Source: Nemertoderma westbladi
Lineage: Eukaryota; Animalia; Xenacoelomorpha
Direction of reading: 5' to 3'
NCBI GenBank assembly: GCA_032718475.1
Contig: JAUCBJ010008697.1
Coordinates: 1 to 64,000 of the forward strand
Length of the DNA: 64,000 nt
Shown here piece after piece: positions 63,967-64,000 of this stretch (the first letter of the stretch is position 1; every line of letters starts with the position of its first letter). The position numbers were made by a program, and so were the translations under genes. Under the pieces are notes generated by a model that did no database searches, was not told the DNA's origin, and saw only the letters and a list, made by a program, of their open reading frames with translations.

Positions 63967-64000
63967 TGGCTCTCCTCCACTTTCTTACCCAATGGATATG

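Overview
AT-rich eukaryotic (metazoan, invertebrate-like) genomic DNA, mostly transposable elements and minisatellites, around a few host genes. Host genes: a 2-exon SLC35G/EamA transporter, a single-exon 1433-aa WD40 protein (WDR97/WDR87-like), a 2-exon PP2C-like (PP2D1-like) gene, and a single-exon type II membrane fibrinogen-domain gene with a truncated paralog. The main element is a very young 11.9-kb BEL/Pao LTR element (3461-15354; 1232-bp LTRs with 2 differences seen; GCCCA TSD). It encodes only Gag-protease, has no tRNA primer-binding site but instead a segment complementary to its own LTR (candidate self-priming), and carries a 3' accessory zinc-knuckle ORF that a second, divergent BEL/Pao remnant (~54-61 kb) also carries. 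Other notable items: a 2-kb minisatellite apparently seeded from RTE retrotransposon coding sequence, a tRNA-head SINE with a degenerate hammerhead ribozyme, a GC-rich CRE-clade retrotransposon with an in-frame Pro-rich minisatellite inside its RT joined to a CR1-like 5' half, five RTE copies, a Gypsy remnant, a Harbinger MITE and Helitron-like ends. All family assignments come from motif recognition by eye; no database searches were run.
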